Source: a virus (Duplodnaviria > Caudoviricetes). Taken from it: a stretch of DNA of 64,000 nt. The position numbers and the translations under genes were made by a program. The notes under the pieces were generated by a model that was not told where the DNA came from, searched no databases, and saw only the letters and a program-made list of their open reading frames with translations. Location of the stretch: IMG/VR virus record IMGVR_UViG_3300025713_000650, positions 32,001 to 96,000 of that record. The stretch is one strand, 5' to 3'. Positions 25,899-36,586 of this stretch are shown here, in pieces. Each line of letters starts with the position of its first letter. Positions within the stretch are counted from its first letter, which is position 1.

Positions 25899-28363
25899 TC
25901 CATTATTCTCCTTTCTTGATAGAATAATAATTTATTAGGGTTATTAACAAATATATTTCTAAAATCTGGTAAAACATTTGTAACCTTTACTAAATCATTA
26001 GTCATAAATCTAGGATTTGGTAAAGTTGCATATCTAAAGTATTTTTTTAGATTATCATAATATGGTCCATATAGATATTTACCATCTAAACTCGAACTAT
26101 AATAACAATTGTAACCAGTTACGAAACAAACAACTTTCATAGATTGAAGGTTAGATGTATTTACATAATCACCAAATTGAAAATTTAAATTTGGTTTCTT
26201 TATAACTTTTTTATTATATTTTTTATCATCTGGATATAAAACATCAAAATATTCGGGAATATCCATTAGATAAACTGTCTGACCATTTGTTAAAAGAGCC
26301 ATCTGTAAAATACAATCTGTTATGACGCAATGAATTTCATAACAATTATATTTTGAGAACGGTAATTCTAATGATCTTTTATCTGATTTTAATGTTATCC
26401 TTGTTCCTTTAGGATATTTTTCATGGTTATATGTAATCTTTCTTAATCTTATATCAAAAGGTACTTTAGTATTTTCTAAGTTAAATAAAGAAATAGGAAA
26501 CGATCTTTTATCTTCATCTTCCATTTCTTGTTCAATATTAACATATATAATCATTTGATCTAAATTAATATCAAAATTCTTAATAGTTTGTTTTCCTGGA
26601 ATTTCATTGTTTATCATATATAAAATATCATCATTAACTGACAATTCATAATTTCCATTATTGGAAGGTATTGTTAATTTAGTAAAATCTTCATTAAAAA
26701 GACAATCTTTTATTTTATCCATTATTTCTAAATTATAATTTTCATCATCTGGTGTTAAATAAATTTTATCTTTTGAATAATCGTAATACATCTTATTATA
26801 TAAATTACCACAAATATGATTTCCAATTAGCATAAATTTATTTTTAAACATTTCTCCATTAATATTTAGTTTTTCAGTAAAACAAAAAGACTTATTTTCT
26901 TTATTCATATATAAACATTTTTCTTCATTGTTTACTATATTTTTTAAAAACAAATAAATGTCATTGTCTTCAAAATTTATATTTGTAATTTCATAAGCAT
27001 CTTTATGATATAAATATATATTATTATCAATTATATCTATTAAATAAATTTGTTTTCCGATTTTTAATTCTATATCATTACTTGTTTTTATATAATTTGT
27101 TATTTCCCATTCTTCTAAAAAACTATCAACTATGATATATGAATTTTTATCATTAGTTTCTATCGTTATTAAATTATCTGTTTTATTAATTTTTATTTTA
27201 TGAATTTTCTTAATTATATTTTTTAATTCTTTATGAATAATAAAACTATTTACTTTTATTTCAATATTTTCATCACCATTTTTTATTGTTATTTTATCAA
27301 CTTCTTCAATATTCATAATAAAATTATAATCTGCTTCTTTATCATTTCCATCTTCATCGGTAATAAGTAATTTACAATTATTAATTGCTTTTTTGATAAT
27401 ATATTTTTTATTATCAACTTCAATTATATCATTTTCTCTCTTAACTATTATATTGTTTGGATTTTCTATATCTCTTATTAAAATTTCACATGGTAATTTA
27501 TTGTTTAAAAATGAATTTATATTATATGAGTCTTGATGACTTAAATTACGTGTTAAATTAAACATAGAATTTTGTATTAAACTACTTAAACTTGCATAGG
27601 GAATAAAATTTTCCTTTAATATAAACACTGGATCATTTTTAGAATAATAATCCCAAGAAAAAATATCTGTTTTTGAATCTTTTTTCTTTGCCATCTGTAA
27701 ATATGAATCTTCCAAATCATTATTAAATGTTGATGTCCAGAAATTAGCAATAAGCTTTTCGATAACATTAATATCAATATCTTCAACTTCAAAATCTTTT
27801 TTATAACCTGTACATACCATTAAATTAGTTCCGATATTGGGTAATGTAGAATGATATATAATATCATTTAAAGTATTTAATGGAGATTTTCTGAATCCAT
27901 AATAAGTTCTTATATGTTGTATATATTTATCATAATGTTTATTATAACTAATTATAAAATAAAAAATTGAATATGGAAAGAATAGTCTCAAACTACCGTT
28001 AAATCTCATATTTTCAATTTTATCTGTCCAGTCAAAATTTTCAAATAATGGATTTTTATTTAATTTTCGATATTCTGTATTAATTTCTTTTTTAAAATTT
28101 ATTGTTCTATATTGAGGTTCCTCTTCAATAACAAATAAAAGTGTATTTAGATATGGATGTTTGTATACAAATCTACAATTTTTTGGAAGAACAAACATAT
28201 GAGGTATATCATTATCATCGTCTATAATATTTTCTATTTGAAAATATGGAAGTTTATTCATTATTAATTCATTATTTTTATCTAAAGATTTTCTATTAAA
28301 ATCAGGATAATGAAAATTTACAAAAAATTTTTTTTTATTACCGAACATTATATAATTAGCCAT
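25883..28363 (-). CDS. prokaryotic E2-like (family D-type) conjugating enzyme with ~550-aa C-terminal extension
   Basis: FPY.IF, P...L.D..Y...LPNI....VCTG, FW.S.FN.D. Confidence 0.75.
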   Translation of the reverse strand: MANYIMFGNKKKFFVNFHYPDFNRKSLDKNNELIMNKLPYFQIENIIDDDNDIPHMFVLPKNCRFVYKHPYLNTLLFVIEEEPQYRTINFKKEINTEYRKLNKNPLFENFDWTDKIENMRFNGSLRLFFPYSIFYFIISYNKHYDKYIQHIRTYYGFRKSPLNTLNDIIYHSTLPNIGTNLMVCTGYKKDFEVEDIDINVIEKLIANFWTSTFNNDLEDSYLQMAKKKDSKTDIFSWDYYSKNDPVFILKENFIPYASLSSLIQNSMFNLTRNLSHQDSYNINSFLNNKLPCEILIRDIENPNNIIVKRENDIIEVDNKKYIIKKAINNCKLLITDEDGNDKEADYNFIMNIEEVDKITIKNGDENIEIKVNSFIIHKELKNIIKKIHKIKINKTDNLITIETNDKNSYIIVDSFLEEWEITNYIKTSNDIELKIGKQIYLIDIIDNNIYLYHKDAYEITNINFEDNDIYLFLKNIVNNEEKCLYMNKENKSFCFTEKLNINGEMFKNKFMLIGNHICGNLYNKMYYDYSKDKIYLTPDDENYNLEIMDKIKDCLFNEDFTKLTIPSNNGNYELSVNDDILYMINNEIPGKQTIKNFDINLDQMIIYVNIEQEMEDEDKRSFPISLFNLENTKVPFDIRLRKITYNHEKYPKGTRITLKSDKRSLELPFSKYNCYEIHCVITDCILQMALLTNGQTVYLMDIPEYFDVLYPDDKKYNKKVIKKPNLNFQFGDYVNTSNLQSMKVVCFVTGYNCYYSSSLDGKYLYGPYYDNLKKYFRYATLPNPRFMTNDLVKVTNVLPDFRNIFVNNPNKLLFYQERRIMECLKS

Positions 28364-28400
28364 TAAATCCCCCTTTTGTTTTTTTTAAATTTGAAAAAAA

Positions 28401-28487
28401 TGGTAGGAGTAGAGGGAATTGAACCCTCACGAGGTAATCCTCACGAGATTTTAAGTCTCGCGTGTCTACCAATTCCACCATACTCCC
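28401..28487 (-). tRNA. tRNA-Leu(UAA)
   Basis: Long variable arm, loop CU-UAA-AA, ACCA end. Confidence 0.95.
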
Positions 28488-28499
28488 ATATCTTTCTAA

Positions 28500-28649
28500 T
28501 TAGATTACTTCTAATTTACCTTCGATGTAAAAAAGTTTAAATATTTTACCTTTAATTTGCATCAATTTTTTATAATCTTCAATATCTAATTTAACTTCTG
28601 AAGGTTTTATTCTACTTTTAGGTTTCATTATGGAAATTATATTTTTCAC
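28500..28649 (-). CDS. small hypothetical protein
   Basis: AAGGAG RBS before GTG 28649; the track start lies inside a hairpin. Confidence 0.5.
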   Translation of the reverse strand: MKNIISIMKPKSRIKPSEVKLDIEDYKKLMQIKGKIFKLFYIEGKLEVI

Positions 28650-28672
28650 GAGTATTCTCCTTGATGTTTTAT

Positions 28673-28710
28673 AAGAAGCCATTATATTATAAATAATATA
28701 ATGGCTTCTT
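28673..28710. terminator. long hairpin / terminator
   Basis: AAGAAGCCATTATATTAT/ATAATATAATGGCTTCTT 18-bp inverted repeat. Confidence 0.7.
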
Positions 28711-28721
28711 TTCTTTACAAA

Positions 28722-29453
28722 TTAAATTTCTTCGATAACAGTTTCTTGTTTCGGCCAAAATGATGCTATAAAAATTCCATCACATTCAACTTCATTTTTA
28801 ACTGAATTTTGTGTGATGGACAAAATTCCAGTATGCTCTAATAACAATAAACGTCGACCATTTTCATTAAAATCACAATGAACCTTAATGGAATTTTTTG
28901 ATTTGACCTTTACATTATTATCAAAAGAAATAGATGAAACCAATAATGGTTTGAAACATTTCTTGGTTTTATTGTTGCTAATGATGATAAAATGAACTAG
29001 TCTAAGTTCATTTGTCAGAACAAGGGAATCCAGTTTATAAAACATATGTTTTCCCTTTGAATAAACGCTTGAACCGCTTGTTACTCTTACCTTGGGTATT
29101 TGGTATGACAAACTCAAGATATTCTTCAGATCCAATGAAGGAATCTGAAGATCCTCGATATCAGGATACGACATTTCCTTTGCCGTTTTTCCCATTTGTG
29201 ACTCAAAATGAGTCATAATTGGGACTAATTTTTCCTGAACGTCATTGATGATTTTTTCATCTAAAGGTCCTTCATACCGAGGAATGAAAAAAGGTTCATT
29301 TCTCCGAACATAGATTGTTACGTTCGGAAGGGTGGATGGTACAATCCGATAGGTTTTCTCTAACTTGTCAGTGAAAAATTTCTTGGGTATCTTGAAAGTC
29401 TGATCATGGTACACAAACACAAAACAATTTGTATCATTAACAATTTTTAACAT
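28722..29453 (-). CDS. hypothetical protein (early-type cassette, higher GC)
   Basis: 243-aa ORF behind the 52-bp promoter-RBS cassette. Confidence 0.75.
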   Translation of the reverse strand: MLKIVNDTNCFVFVYHDQTFKIPKKFFTDKLEKTYRIVPSTLPNVTIYVRRNEPFFIPRYEGPLDEKIINDVQEKLVPIMTHFESQMGKTAKEMSYPDIEDLQIPSLDLKNILSLSYQIPKVRVTSGSSVYSKGKHMFYKLDSLVLTNELRLVHFIIISNNKTKKCFKPLLVSSISFDNNVKVKSKNSIKVHCDFNENGRRLLLLEHTGILSITQNSVKNEVECDGIFIASFWPKQETVIEEI

Positions 29454-29502
29454 AAAAGCTCCCCTTTCATTTTATTTTTATTCACTAATTAATATATATA
29501 GA
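29451..29502 (-). repeat. 52-bp promoter (copy 5) + RBS + ATG cassette, identical to 59197-59248
   Basis: Base-by-base identity. Confidence 0.9.
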
Positions 29503-29531
29503 CTTTTTTGTTTTAGAATGAAAGGGAAAAA

Positions 29532-30737
29532 TTATGATTCTTCAATAGATGGTTTAGTTTTTTGAAGAGCTAGATGAGCTTCTCTGATAGATGTGGGTAC
29601 TCTTGGTTTAGAATCTGTATGTAAATCCATTTCTGGTACACTTTTAATTGAAGAGGGATTATATTCATAATTAGATAATTTTTCAGGTATTCTTTTTTCA
29701 CTTGATGATGAATATATTGGTTCAATTTCACTGCTAGCTTTTAACGTATTAAGATATTCACCCAAAACAGGTCTATCTGTACCGCTTTTACCTATAACCA
29801 TTGTTGAAAATAATTGTTGAAGTTCAATTCTAACATCAACCAATCCTACTCTTTTATTCCAAGCAACGAGTCCTTGATCACCACCCTTCGTAACTGTTAT
29901 TGATGATATTGCACCAGATTCTAAACTAAATAGTCCATTTGTTCTGACTTTAACAAAAAATGGATAAGAATATGTTTCACCATCTCCTTGAATAATAGGA
30001 CAAACTAATGTTAATAACGCAGCTAATGGACCAATAATGAATTTTTCAGTCATTTGTTTATTTCCTGGAGATGGATTATATAATCTTACCTGTAATGAAT
30101 AATTTATTCCATATGAGCTATTTTTCCAAACTGAAGGGAAATCTATTTTTTGACCGGCTAATAATTTATCTGACATTTCCACAAAACCTTTACCCCAACT
30201 CAAATTTGGATTTTTAGATATTCCCTCACCAAATTTTCCAAGTTCCTCCATTGCATTCATTCCGGTTTTACCAATTCCTGCTGAAATATTACCCATATCT
30301 GACATTGCTTCAAAAATATGTTTTAATGCATCAGAAGAAGTTCTCTGACCAGTCATTTGTGTAATGTCTCTAGCTGTATCAGAAACAACATCTGTAATTC
30401 TAGATAAAAATGTTTGTCCATATTCATTATTGAATGTTTCTGTTGGAAATGAATCTGCAACAAAAACAACCTTTAATGGTTTTGATGAAATCGAATAACC
30501 TAATGATTCTAAAATTGTATTATAGGTTTTCCAATGTGGTATTAATCTAAATGAATTAATTCCTTCAGAAAATCTAGGTAAACAAGGCGTAATATATGCA
30601 ATAGGTAATGAGTTAATATAAACACCATTACTTTTTTTGTGTGGGGGAATTGGAGGAGCACCTATTAAATCAGGAACATTACTTTTTTTAATATTTGGTT
30701 CTTTAACATATTTCATTATTGAAGTTGTTGTTGGCAT
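29532..30737 (-). CDS. putative baseplate / tail-tube initiator structural protein
   Basis: Follows the tape-measure-like gene; FP.VW..S.Y...Y....L..P and YP..V......F.....I....V pattern of tube-fold baseplate proteins. Confidence 0.5.
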   Translation of the reverse strand: MPTTTSIMKYVKEPNIKKSNVPDLIGAPPIPPHKKSNGVYINSLPIAYITPCLPRFSEGINSFRLIPHWKTYNTILESLGYSISSKPLKVVFVADSFPTETFNNEYGQTFLSRITDVVSDTARDITQMTGQRTSSDALKHIFEAMSDMGNISAGIGKTGMNAMEELGKFGEGISKNPNLSWGKGFVEMSDKLLAGQKIDFPSVWKNSSYGINYSLQVRLYNPSPGNKQMTEKFIIGPLAALLTLVCPIIQGDGETYSYPFFVKVRTNGLFSLESGAISSITVTKGGDQGLVAWNKRVGLVDVRIELQQLFSTMVIGKSGTDRPVLGEYLNTLKASSEIEPIYSSSSEKRIPEKLSNYEYNPSSIKSVPEMDLHTDSKPRVPTSIREAHLALQKTKPSIEES

Positions 30738-30754
30738 TTTATATTTTAATCTCC

Positions 30755-33685
30755 TTAATCAATATCACCTAAAATTATATTATCTAAATGTCTATCTAAT
30801 AAAGTTCCTTTATTTGAAAGATTATTTAACCCTCTATCAATATTTTTCATTGAACTAATCATACTACTTGAAACATTCATTATCATATTTGTATTATTTT
30901 GTTGTGAATTTTTAAATAATTCTTCATTTGCCTTTTGTGAATTTTTATTATTTGCTGAAATAGAATTTTTTATTAATAATTCTTTTGTTATATCATTTTC
31001 TATTAACATATTTTTATCAACTAATTTCCCTTTTGTTGAATCAGAAATATTTTGTTTATTAAATTTAGCCATTTCTATAAATAAACCACTTCTTATATTC
31101 TCTGGAGATATTCCCGATCTTTTCGCTTTTTCAACAATATAATCTGGAACAATAACTTCACCTTTTAATAATCTAGCATATCTTTCACGTTCATTATATC
31201 CACCTGTATGATATGATTTTGTTTTATTTAACATTGATTCATATTTTCCTACATCATATTTTCCTTTTTTGTTATATTCTTCAATTCTAGATTTTTGTCT
31301 TTCTCTGGCTCCTTCTAATGATTCTGTTATAGCTGAAGGATCAAATTTCTTTATTAAATTTATTACAAATCTTATCGGTGCAAGAATTACATTTTTTATA
31401 ACATTAAATACTTTTCCAATATCTATACCTATAAAATCAGAAATACTCTTTACTTTTTCTACAATATAATCTTTAACTTTACCCATTAACATTAACGTCA
31501 TTCTTATAGGAAATGTAACTAAATCCCATAATTTTTTAACCTGAAATTTGACTTCATTCCATGCTAAACTTAATCCTAAAGTAATATTTTTACCACCAAT
31601 AGCTCCTAGTAAACCACCTGTTATGGCTCCAATTATACCACCTATAAACGTTCCAACAATAGGTACCGTCGAACCTATTGCCATACCAGCACCTAATCCT
31701 TTCAATGCTCCAGATTTAGCTCCTGCCAAACCTTGTTTTGTACCACCAAGAGCACCACCAACTAAAGAAAAAACTCTTTCCGACATTGTTGCTTTTTCGC
31801 CCTTTTTTATTTTAAACCATTCTTTAGTTTTTAATAATCCTTTAAAAGAATCAAAAAGCATTTGAAAAAGACCAATAATTGAAGCAATTCCTGGTAAAAA
31901 TTTTGTAAATCCTATAGCAACTCTACTTATGGATAAAAGAGTTTTCAGTCCAAATTTTGAAAAAAATAAGCTAAATTTACTTAATCCTTTAGCAATTTTT
32001 CCAACATTTAATTTACCAATTCCTTTTATTAATCCGAATAATGGTTTTCTTAACATCATAGCTAACAAAAATGGAGATAATAAAATTTTAGCTGGTAATA
32101 AATATAATTTACCTAATAAATATAATAATAAAAATTGAATTTTTCCAATACCTTTACCGAAAAATTTCTTTTTATTTTCTTTTTCTAAGTCTTTACCCAT
32201 TCCTTTTTTAAAGAATTTATTAAGATGACCCATTACAGATGCGTGTGTTTTTTCTGTTTTTTCTTTAAATTTATTTTTTACAGTTGAATATTTTTCCTTA
32301 ATATCATTTTTTAAATCTTTTTTATGATATTCTCTAAATTGTTTATCATTTTTTAAGAGTGAAAGAAATTCTATTGATTTTTTAACATTCTCTTTTACAC
32401 TTTCTTTTGTTTTTTTAACATTCTCTTTTACACTTTCTTTTGTTTTTTTATATTTTTCAGAAATTACATTTTTTATTGAATTTTCTGAAGTTTCTGAGAT
32501 ATTTTCATTTTCTGCCTCTTTTTTACCGATAAAAGCAACTGCAAGATTTCTTAAATATTTTGTTTGATCTCTTATTGAAGCATATATAAAATTTAATGAA
32601 GTGACAACAAATTGAATAGGATTTTTCTTAGCTTTTTGTAAATCAGACATTGCAGTAGATTTGGTTATCTTTGATATTAAATTTCTTATTGGGAAATTAA
32701 AAATTTTTGATGCTGTAAAAATATATAATATTTTTCTAAATAAAGGACTTTTTAATAATCTTGCTCTAAATGATACAGCCAATTCATTTGATAAAGATGT
32801 TATACCTGTTCTCATTTTCATTACTTCGGTAATTAATTTATCAAAATAAACCGAAATAACGGAAGCTGGTGAAATAACTTCTCCAGCATGAACATTTACT
32901 AAACCACTTTTTTTAACAAAACCACCTTTTTTAAGTGATGGAATATCATCTAGTTCATTTTTAATATTTTTATTACCAAAAATTGCATGTTTAATACCAC
33001 TTAAAAATTTGAATGGGGATTTTATTAAAAAAGCTAAAAATTTAAATGGTAGTGCTATTGCTTTAAAAGGTAATTTTAATAATAATTTTATTGTATCTGT
33101 AATAAATCCAAAAATACCTCTCTTTTTAAATTCATCATGTGCATAATCAGCTGCATCTCTAAAATTCTCTTTCATTCTGTCGGCAAAAGATGAAAAAACT
33201 CTTGTATCCATAAATTTTGATACAAAATAACCAAAAATTGGTGTTGATTGTGCTAACATTGTAGCCATGTAATTAGATTTATTAAATTGTATATCTTCAT
33301 TTATTGTTGATGATATTTTAGTAACCGCATGTTTTGATGATTTAGCAGTTCCTACTAAAATATTTTTTGCTGTTTTAGATACATCATCAACAACAAAACC
33401 TAATTTTCTAAGAATAACCACAATTGAATTATTTACTTCTTTAATTCCTTCAGCATATCCTATTTCTTTTGTTCTTAACATTTTTGCAGATTCTAACTGA
33501 GTTTTAGAAACAGAAGAAATTCTTTTTGTAATTTCATTCAATTGTTTAGTATTTTTTTCTTGATATTTTCTTATTAAATCAACAGTAGAATCGATTTTAT
33601 ATAAATTATTATTTTCATCTTCTAAATCTGATTCATTAGCTAAATCTTCAATATCATCAAAATCATCATAATCATCATAATCCAT
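30755..33685 (-). CDS. tape-measure-like tail protein
   Basis: Helical and Lys-rich, Gly-rich hydrophobic segment, two GG...H/L.GEVI.P motifs. Confidence 0.65.
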   Translation of the reverse strand: MDYDDYDDFDDIEDLANESDLEDENNNLYKIDSTVDLIRKYQEKNTKQLNEITKRISSVSKTQLESAKMLRTKEIGYAEGIKEVNNSIVVILRKLGFVVDDVSKTAKNILVGTAKSSKHAVTKISSTINEDIQFNKSNYMATMLAQSTPIFGYFVSKFMDTRVFSSFADRMKENFRDAADYAHDEFKKRGIFGFITDTIKLLLKLPFKAIALPFKFLAFLIKSPFKFLSGIKHAIFGNKNIKNELDDIPSLKKGGFVKKSGLVNVHAGEVISPASVISVYFDKLITEVMKMRTGITSLSNELAVSFRARLLKSPLFRKILYIFTASKIFNFPIRNLISKITKSTAMSDLQKAKKNPIQFVVTSLNFIYASIRDQTKYLRNLAVAFIGKKEAENENISETSENSIKNVISEKYKKTKESVKENVKKTKESVKENVKKSIEFLSLLKNDKQFREYHKKDLKNDIKEKYSTVKNKFKEKTEKTHASVMGHLNKFFKKGMGKDLEKENKKKFFGKGIGKIQFLLLYLLGKLYLLPAKILLSPFLLAMMLRKPLFGLIKGIGKLNVGKIAKGLSKFSLFFSKFGLKTLLSISRVAIGFTKFLPGIASIIGLFQMLFDSFKGLLKTKEWFKIKKGEKATMSERVFSLVGGALGGTKQGLAGAKSGALKGLGAGMAIGSTVPIVGTFIGGIIGAITGGLLGAIGGKNITLGLSLAWNEVKFQVKKLWDLVTFPIRMTLMLMGKVKDYIVEKVKSISDFIGIDIGKVFNVIKNVILAPIRFVINLIKKFDPSAITESLEGARERQKSRIEEYNKKGKYDVGKYESMLNKTKSYHTGGYNERERYARLLKGEVIVPDYIVEKAKRSGISPENIRSGLFIEMAKFNKQNISDSTKGKLVDKNMLIENDITKELLIKNSISANNKNSQKANEELFKNSQQNNTNMIMNVSSSMISSMKNIDRGLNNLSNKGTLLDRHLDNIILGDID
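32378..32450. repeat. 33-bp tandem duplication (KKTKESVKENV x2)
   Basis: Two exact copies, in frame. Confidence 0.85.
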
Positions 33686-33691
33686 TTATTT

Positions 33692-35314
33692 TTAACTCCT
33701 TATAAATGTTATCATATCAACATATGAAGAATTTAAATTTTTATCTTTTATTTGTTTTAACAAATCTGAATTAATATTATTCATATTCTTAAATTCATTT
33801 TCTATTGATTCATCATTATTTAATACTATAATATCATTGAAGTTTTTCATAACTATACTATCTTTTTTCTCCAAAATTAAAGGTGGATCATATTCTCTAA
33901 CATAATAACACAATGAAATAGATAAAGCCAAGTCATCTTTACAACCTGTATCTGCTTCAACTTTTCCGTTTTTCTTTTCAACTAATCCTATCAATTGCAT
34001 TGCAGTTCTTGATGATTTAATACTATTGGTATATTGGGTAATATATTTATATAATGCATTAATCATTAAAGGTCTTGTTTTTAAATTTGTTGTTAAACCG
34101 GAAGATACTTTACCTTCACTCTTTTTCTCTTTATAAATTGGAATATTATTTTCCGTTTTATTATCGAAATATTCAACTACTTGATTTCCATAAGAATTTT
34201 TTTCAATAATTAATAGACCGTGGAACCTATGAGCTACATATTCAATTATCTTACAAAAATTTGTAACTGATATTTTTCCTTTATATTCTGCAACTTGTTC
34301 TGCTGTCTCATAATCAATTACATTAATTGCAGATTCATCTGATCCAAATTCAGGTGCAGTATCAACACCTATCAAATAGTAAGAATCATTGTTTGGCTCT
34401 TCAAATTCCCAAAATTCAGAATTAAAAAGTTTAACTTTCTTTCTGGGTTCTCCCTTATCTTCTTGTAATATAATACAAACTTTATCATCAAAGAATGATC
34501 CACCAGAAGGTAAGAATTTTAATTCCAATTCCTGTTCAATTTTCTTTGGATCATTATCAAATAATCTACATTGAGTATTATACCATTCAGGATCATTAGC
34601 TAATTCTGGAATCATTTTCCAATGAATTATAAATGGTTTGAAAATACTATCATAATCATCAGATATAGCTTGAGTATATTTTTTATAATACCAAGCTCCT
34701 GTACCCATTGTTTTATTAGGGGTACTTAATATAATAGTTCCATAAGGGATCCCAGAATTTCTTGCATGTTTTTGAGATGTCGATAAAGCCGGAACCATTG
34801 AAGTCCAAGCTTCATCAATATTTTTAATAAATGCAGCTTCATCAATTACTAAAAATGTAATTGGTTTACCTCTTAATGTTTTTTCAGGAGCTTGAGGATT
34901 AACAGTTGCCGCAAATACTTTAGAACCATTTTTTAAAATAAAACTCTGTTCTGTGTATTTATCAAATCCTGGATTCATCCATGATGGTAACTTCTCGACC
35001 ATTCCTCTAACAGCTCTAGCAAAATCTGTAGCTTCTTTTCCATCCTTTGATATAATTCCAACTACAACATTATCAAAAAATACAACTAACCATGAACATA
35101 ATGCCTGAATAATAGTTGAAATTCCAACCTGTCTACTTTTTAAAACTAAAAGATATCTTTCAATTAATAATTTTTCTATTAATTCTTTTTGTTTATCATA
35201 AGGTTTTAAAAGAATATCTCCACCTGGAATCTCAATTAAAACATGATTTTCACAATAATGTTCAAAAGACTCTTTACATTTTATAAATTCCTTTACTTGT
35301 TGAAGTTTTGTCAT
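33692..35314 (-). CDS. terL: terminase large subunit (T4 gp17-like)
   Basis: KSRQVGIS Walker A, LVIDEAAF Walker B, LSTPN, GVDTA and DDL nuclease acidic residues. Confidence 0.95.
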   Translation of the reverse strand: MTKLQQVKEFIKCKESFEHYCENHVLIEIPGGDILLKPYDKQKELIEKLLIERYLLVLKSRQVGISTIIQALCSWLVVFFDNVVVGIISKDGKEATDFARAVRGMVEKLPSWMNPGFDKYTEQSFILKNGSKVFAATVNPQAPEKTLRGKPITFLVIDEAAFIKNIDEAWTSMVPALSTSQKHARNSGIPYGTIILSTPNKTMGTGAWYYKKYTQAISDDYDSIFKPFIIHWKMIPELANDPEWYNTQCRLFDNDPKKIEQELELKFLPSGGSFFDDKVCIILQEDKGEPRKKVKLFNSEFWEFEEPNNDSYYLIGVDTAPEFGSDESAINVIDYETAEQVAEYKGKISVTNFCKIIEYVAHRFHGLLIIEKNSYGNQVVEYFDNKTENNIPIYKEKKSEGKVSSGLTTNLKTRPLMINALYKYITQYTNSIKSSRTAMQLIGLVEKKNGKVEADTGCKDDLALSISLCYYVREYDPPLILEKKDSIVMKNFNDIIVLNNDESIENEFKNMNNINSDLLKQIKDKNLNSSYVDMITFIRS

Positions 35315-35335
35315 TTAAATTATCCAATTAAAATT

Positions 35336-36586
35336 TTATAGTGTTTTATTTGTTCTTATTAATATTAATTTAGCAAAACTCATCCAATTTCTTACAGATT
35401 CTCTTGAAAATGATAAATCTGATGACTTTAAAATATATTTACCACTTAAATCAATATATTCTAATGTCCCTGTTTTAAGCATTACAGGTTCACCAATTTT
35501 CATTAAATTTAAAATAGGTAAATTTTTCTCTAAATTTACAATCACATTTGATAATCCTATAATTGATCTGGCTATTCTGGAATTTGCAAAAACATCAGAA
35601 AGTTCATTACCCGTTTGTGTTGTTTTATATGTTTCTCTTTCATTTAAAATTGGATCAATAAATAATTCTTTATTTTTAACATTTGCTCCAAAATCAGAAC
35701 AAATTTTTTCTAAATCCTGTGAAATAATATGATATAATCTATCACTAGGTTTAACAATATGATTAATTTTTTTAGATAATGAAGCTAATTTTGTATTTCC
35801 AGAATATGTGTTAACTAATGAATCATAAGAATAAAAATTTTCACCGTCTATACATTTATTAATAATCTTTTTATTATCTTCACCATCTGTTGATAATTGA
35901 TAAATATTAAAAATTTGACTTTTTGTTATTCTTTTTGATAAATTAAAAACATTAAAAACATTATCATATTGACAAAAACCTGAATTTGAAGCGCCATTAT
36001 AAATACCAAAATTATTATCTAAATATCTAATAACTTTATTTAATGGCATAGGTGGTATAACTATTTGTTCAATTTTTTCATTATTAATATTATCATTGTC
36101 AATATTTAATTTAGCTTTTGTATTTTTTGAAACAAAATCGCTAATTATTTCTTTACAAGTTTTGTTAATATAAATCTCATTTATTAATGTACTTGTTGTT
36201 TTAAATGCATTTCTAGGTACAGTTACAAATGTTACTCTTTCTAAAAATTTATTATCTTCTTTAGATTGAGTATTTCTTATAGTCATTTTTGAATCTGAAC
36301 TTAAATGAATTAATTCCATTCTTATTTCTTCTGTAAATTGATTTTCAGTTCCTCTTCCCAAATATCTAATTATAAGATTAATGGGATCTTTACCATAAAT
36401 TCTTTCAAAAATAATATCAGTTTGATCTAAAATCATTTCTAGAATAACAATTTGATATGAACTAACTAAACTTGAAATTATCCTTAATGAAATAAGATCA
36501 TTTGAATAATCAAGATTATTAATTTTAACCTGAATATCATATCCAGTATCTGGTATATTTCTTCTTTTTATTTCTGGCATTGACAA
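35336..36586 (-). CDS. putative baseplate hub-like structural protein
   Basis: Context, plus C-terminal G...L.......LSGKYIL pattern of hub proteins. Confidence 0.45.
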   Translation of the reverse strand: MSMPEIKRRNIPDTGYDIQVKINNLDYSNDLISLRIISSLVSSYQIVILEMILDQTDIIFERIYGKDPINLIIRYLGRGTENQFTEEIRMELIHLSSDSKMTIRNTQSKEDNKFLERVTFVTVPRNAFKTTSTLINEIYINKTCKEIISDFVSKNTKAKLNIDNDNINNEKIEQIVIPPMPLNKVIRYLDNNFGIYNGASNSGFCQYDNVFNVFNLSKRITKSQIFNIYQLSTDGEDNKKIINKCIDGENFYSYDSLVNTYSGNTKLASLSKKINHIVKPSDRLYHIISQDLEKICSDFGANVKNKELFIDPILNERETYKTTQTGNELSDVFANSRIARSIIGLSNVIVNLEKNLPILNLMKIGEPVMLKTGTLEYIDLSGKYILKSSDLSFSRESVRNWMSFAKLILIRTNKTL

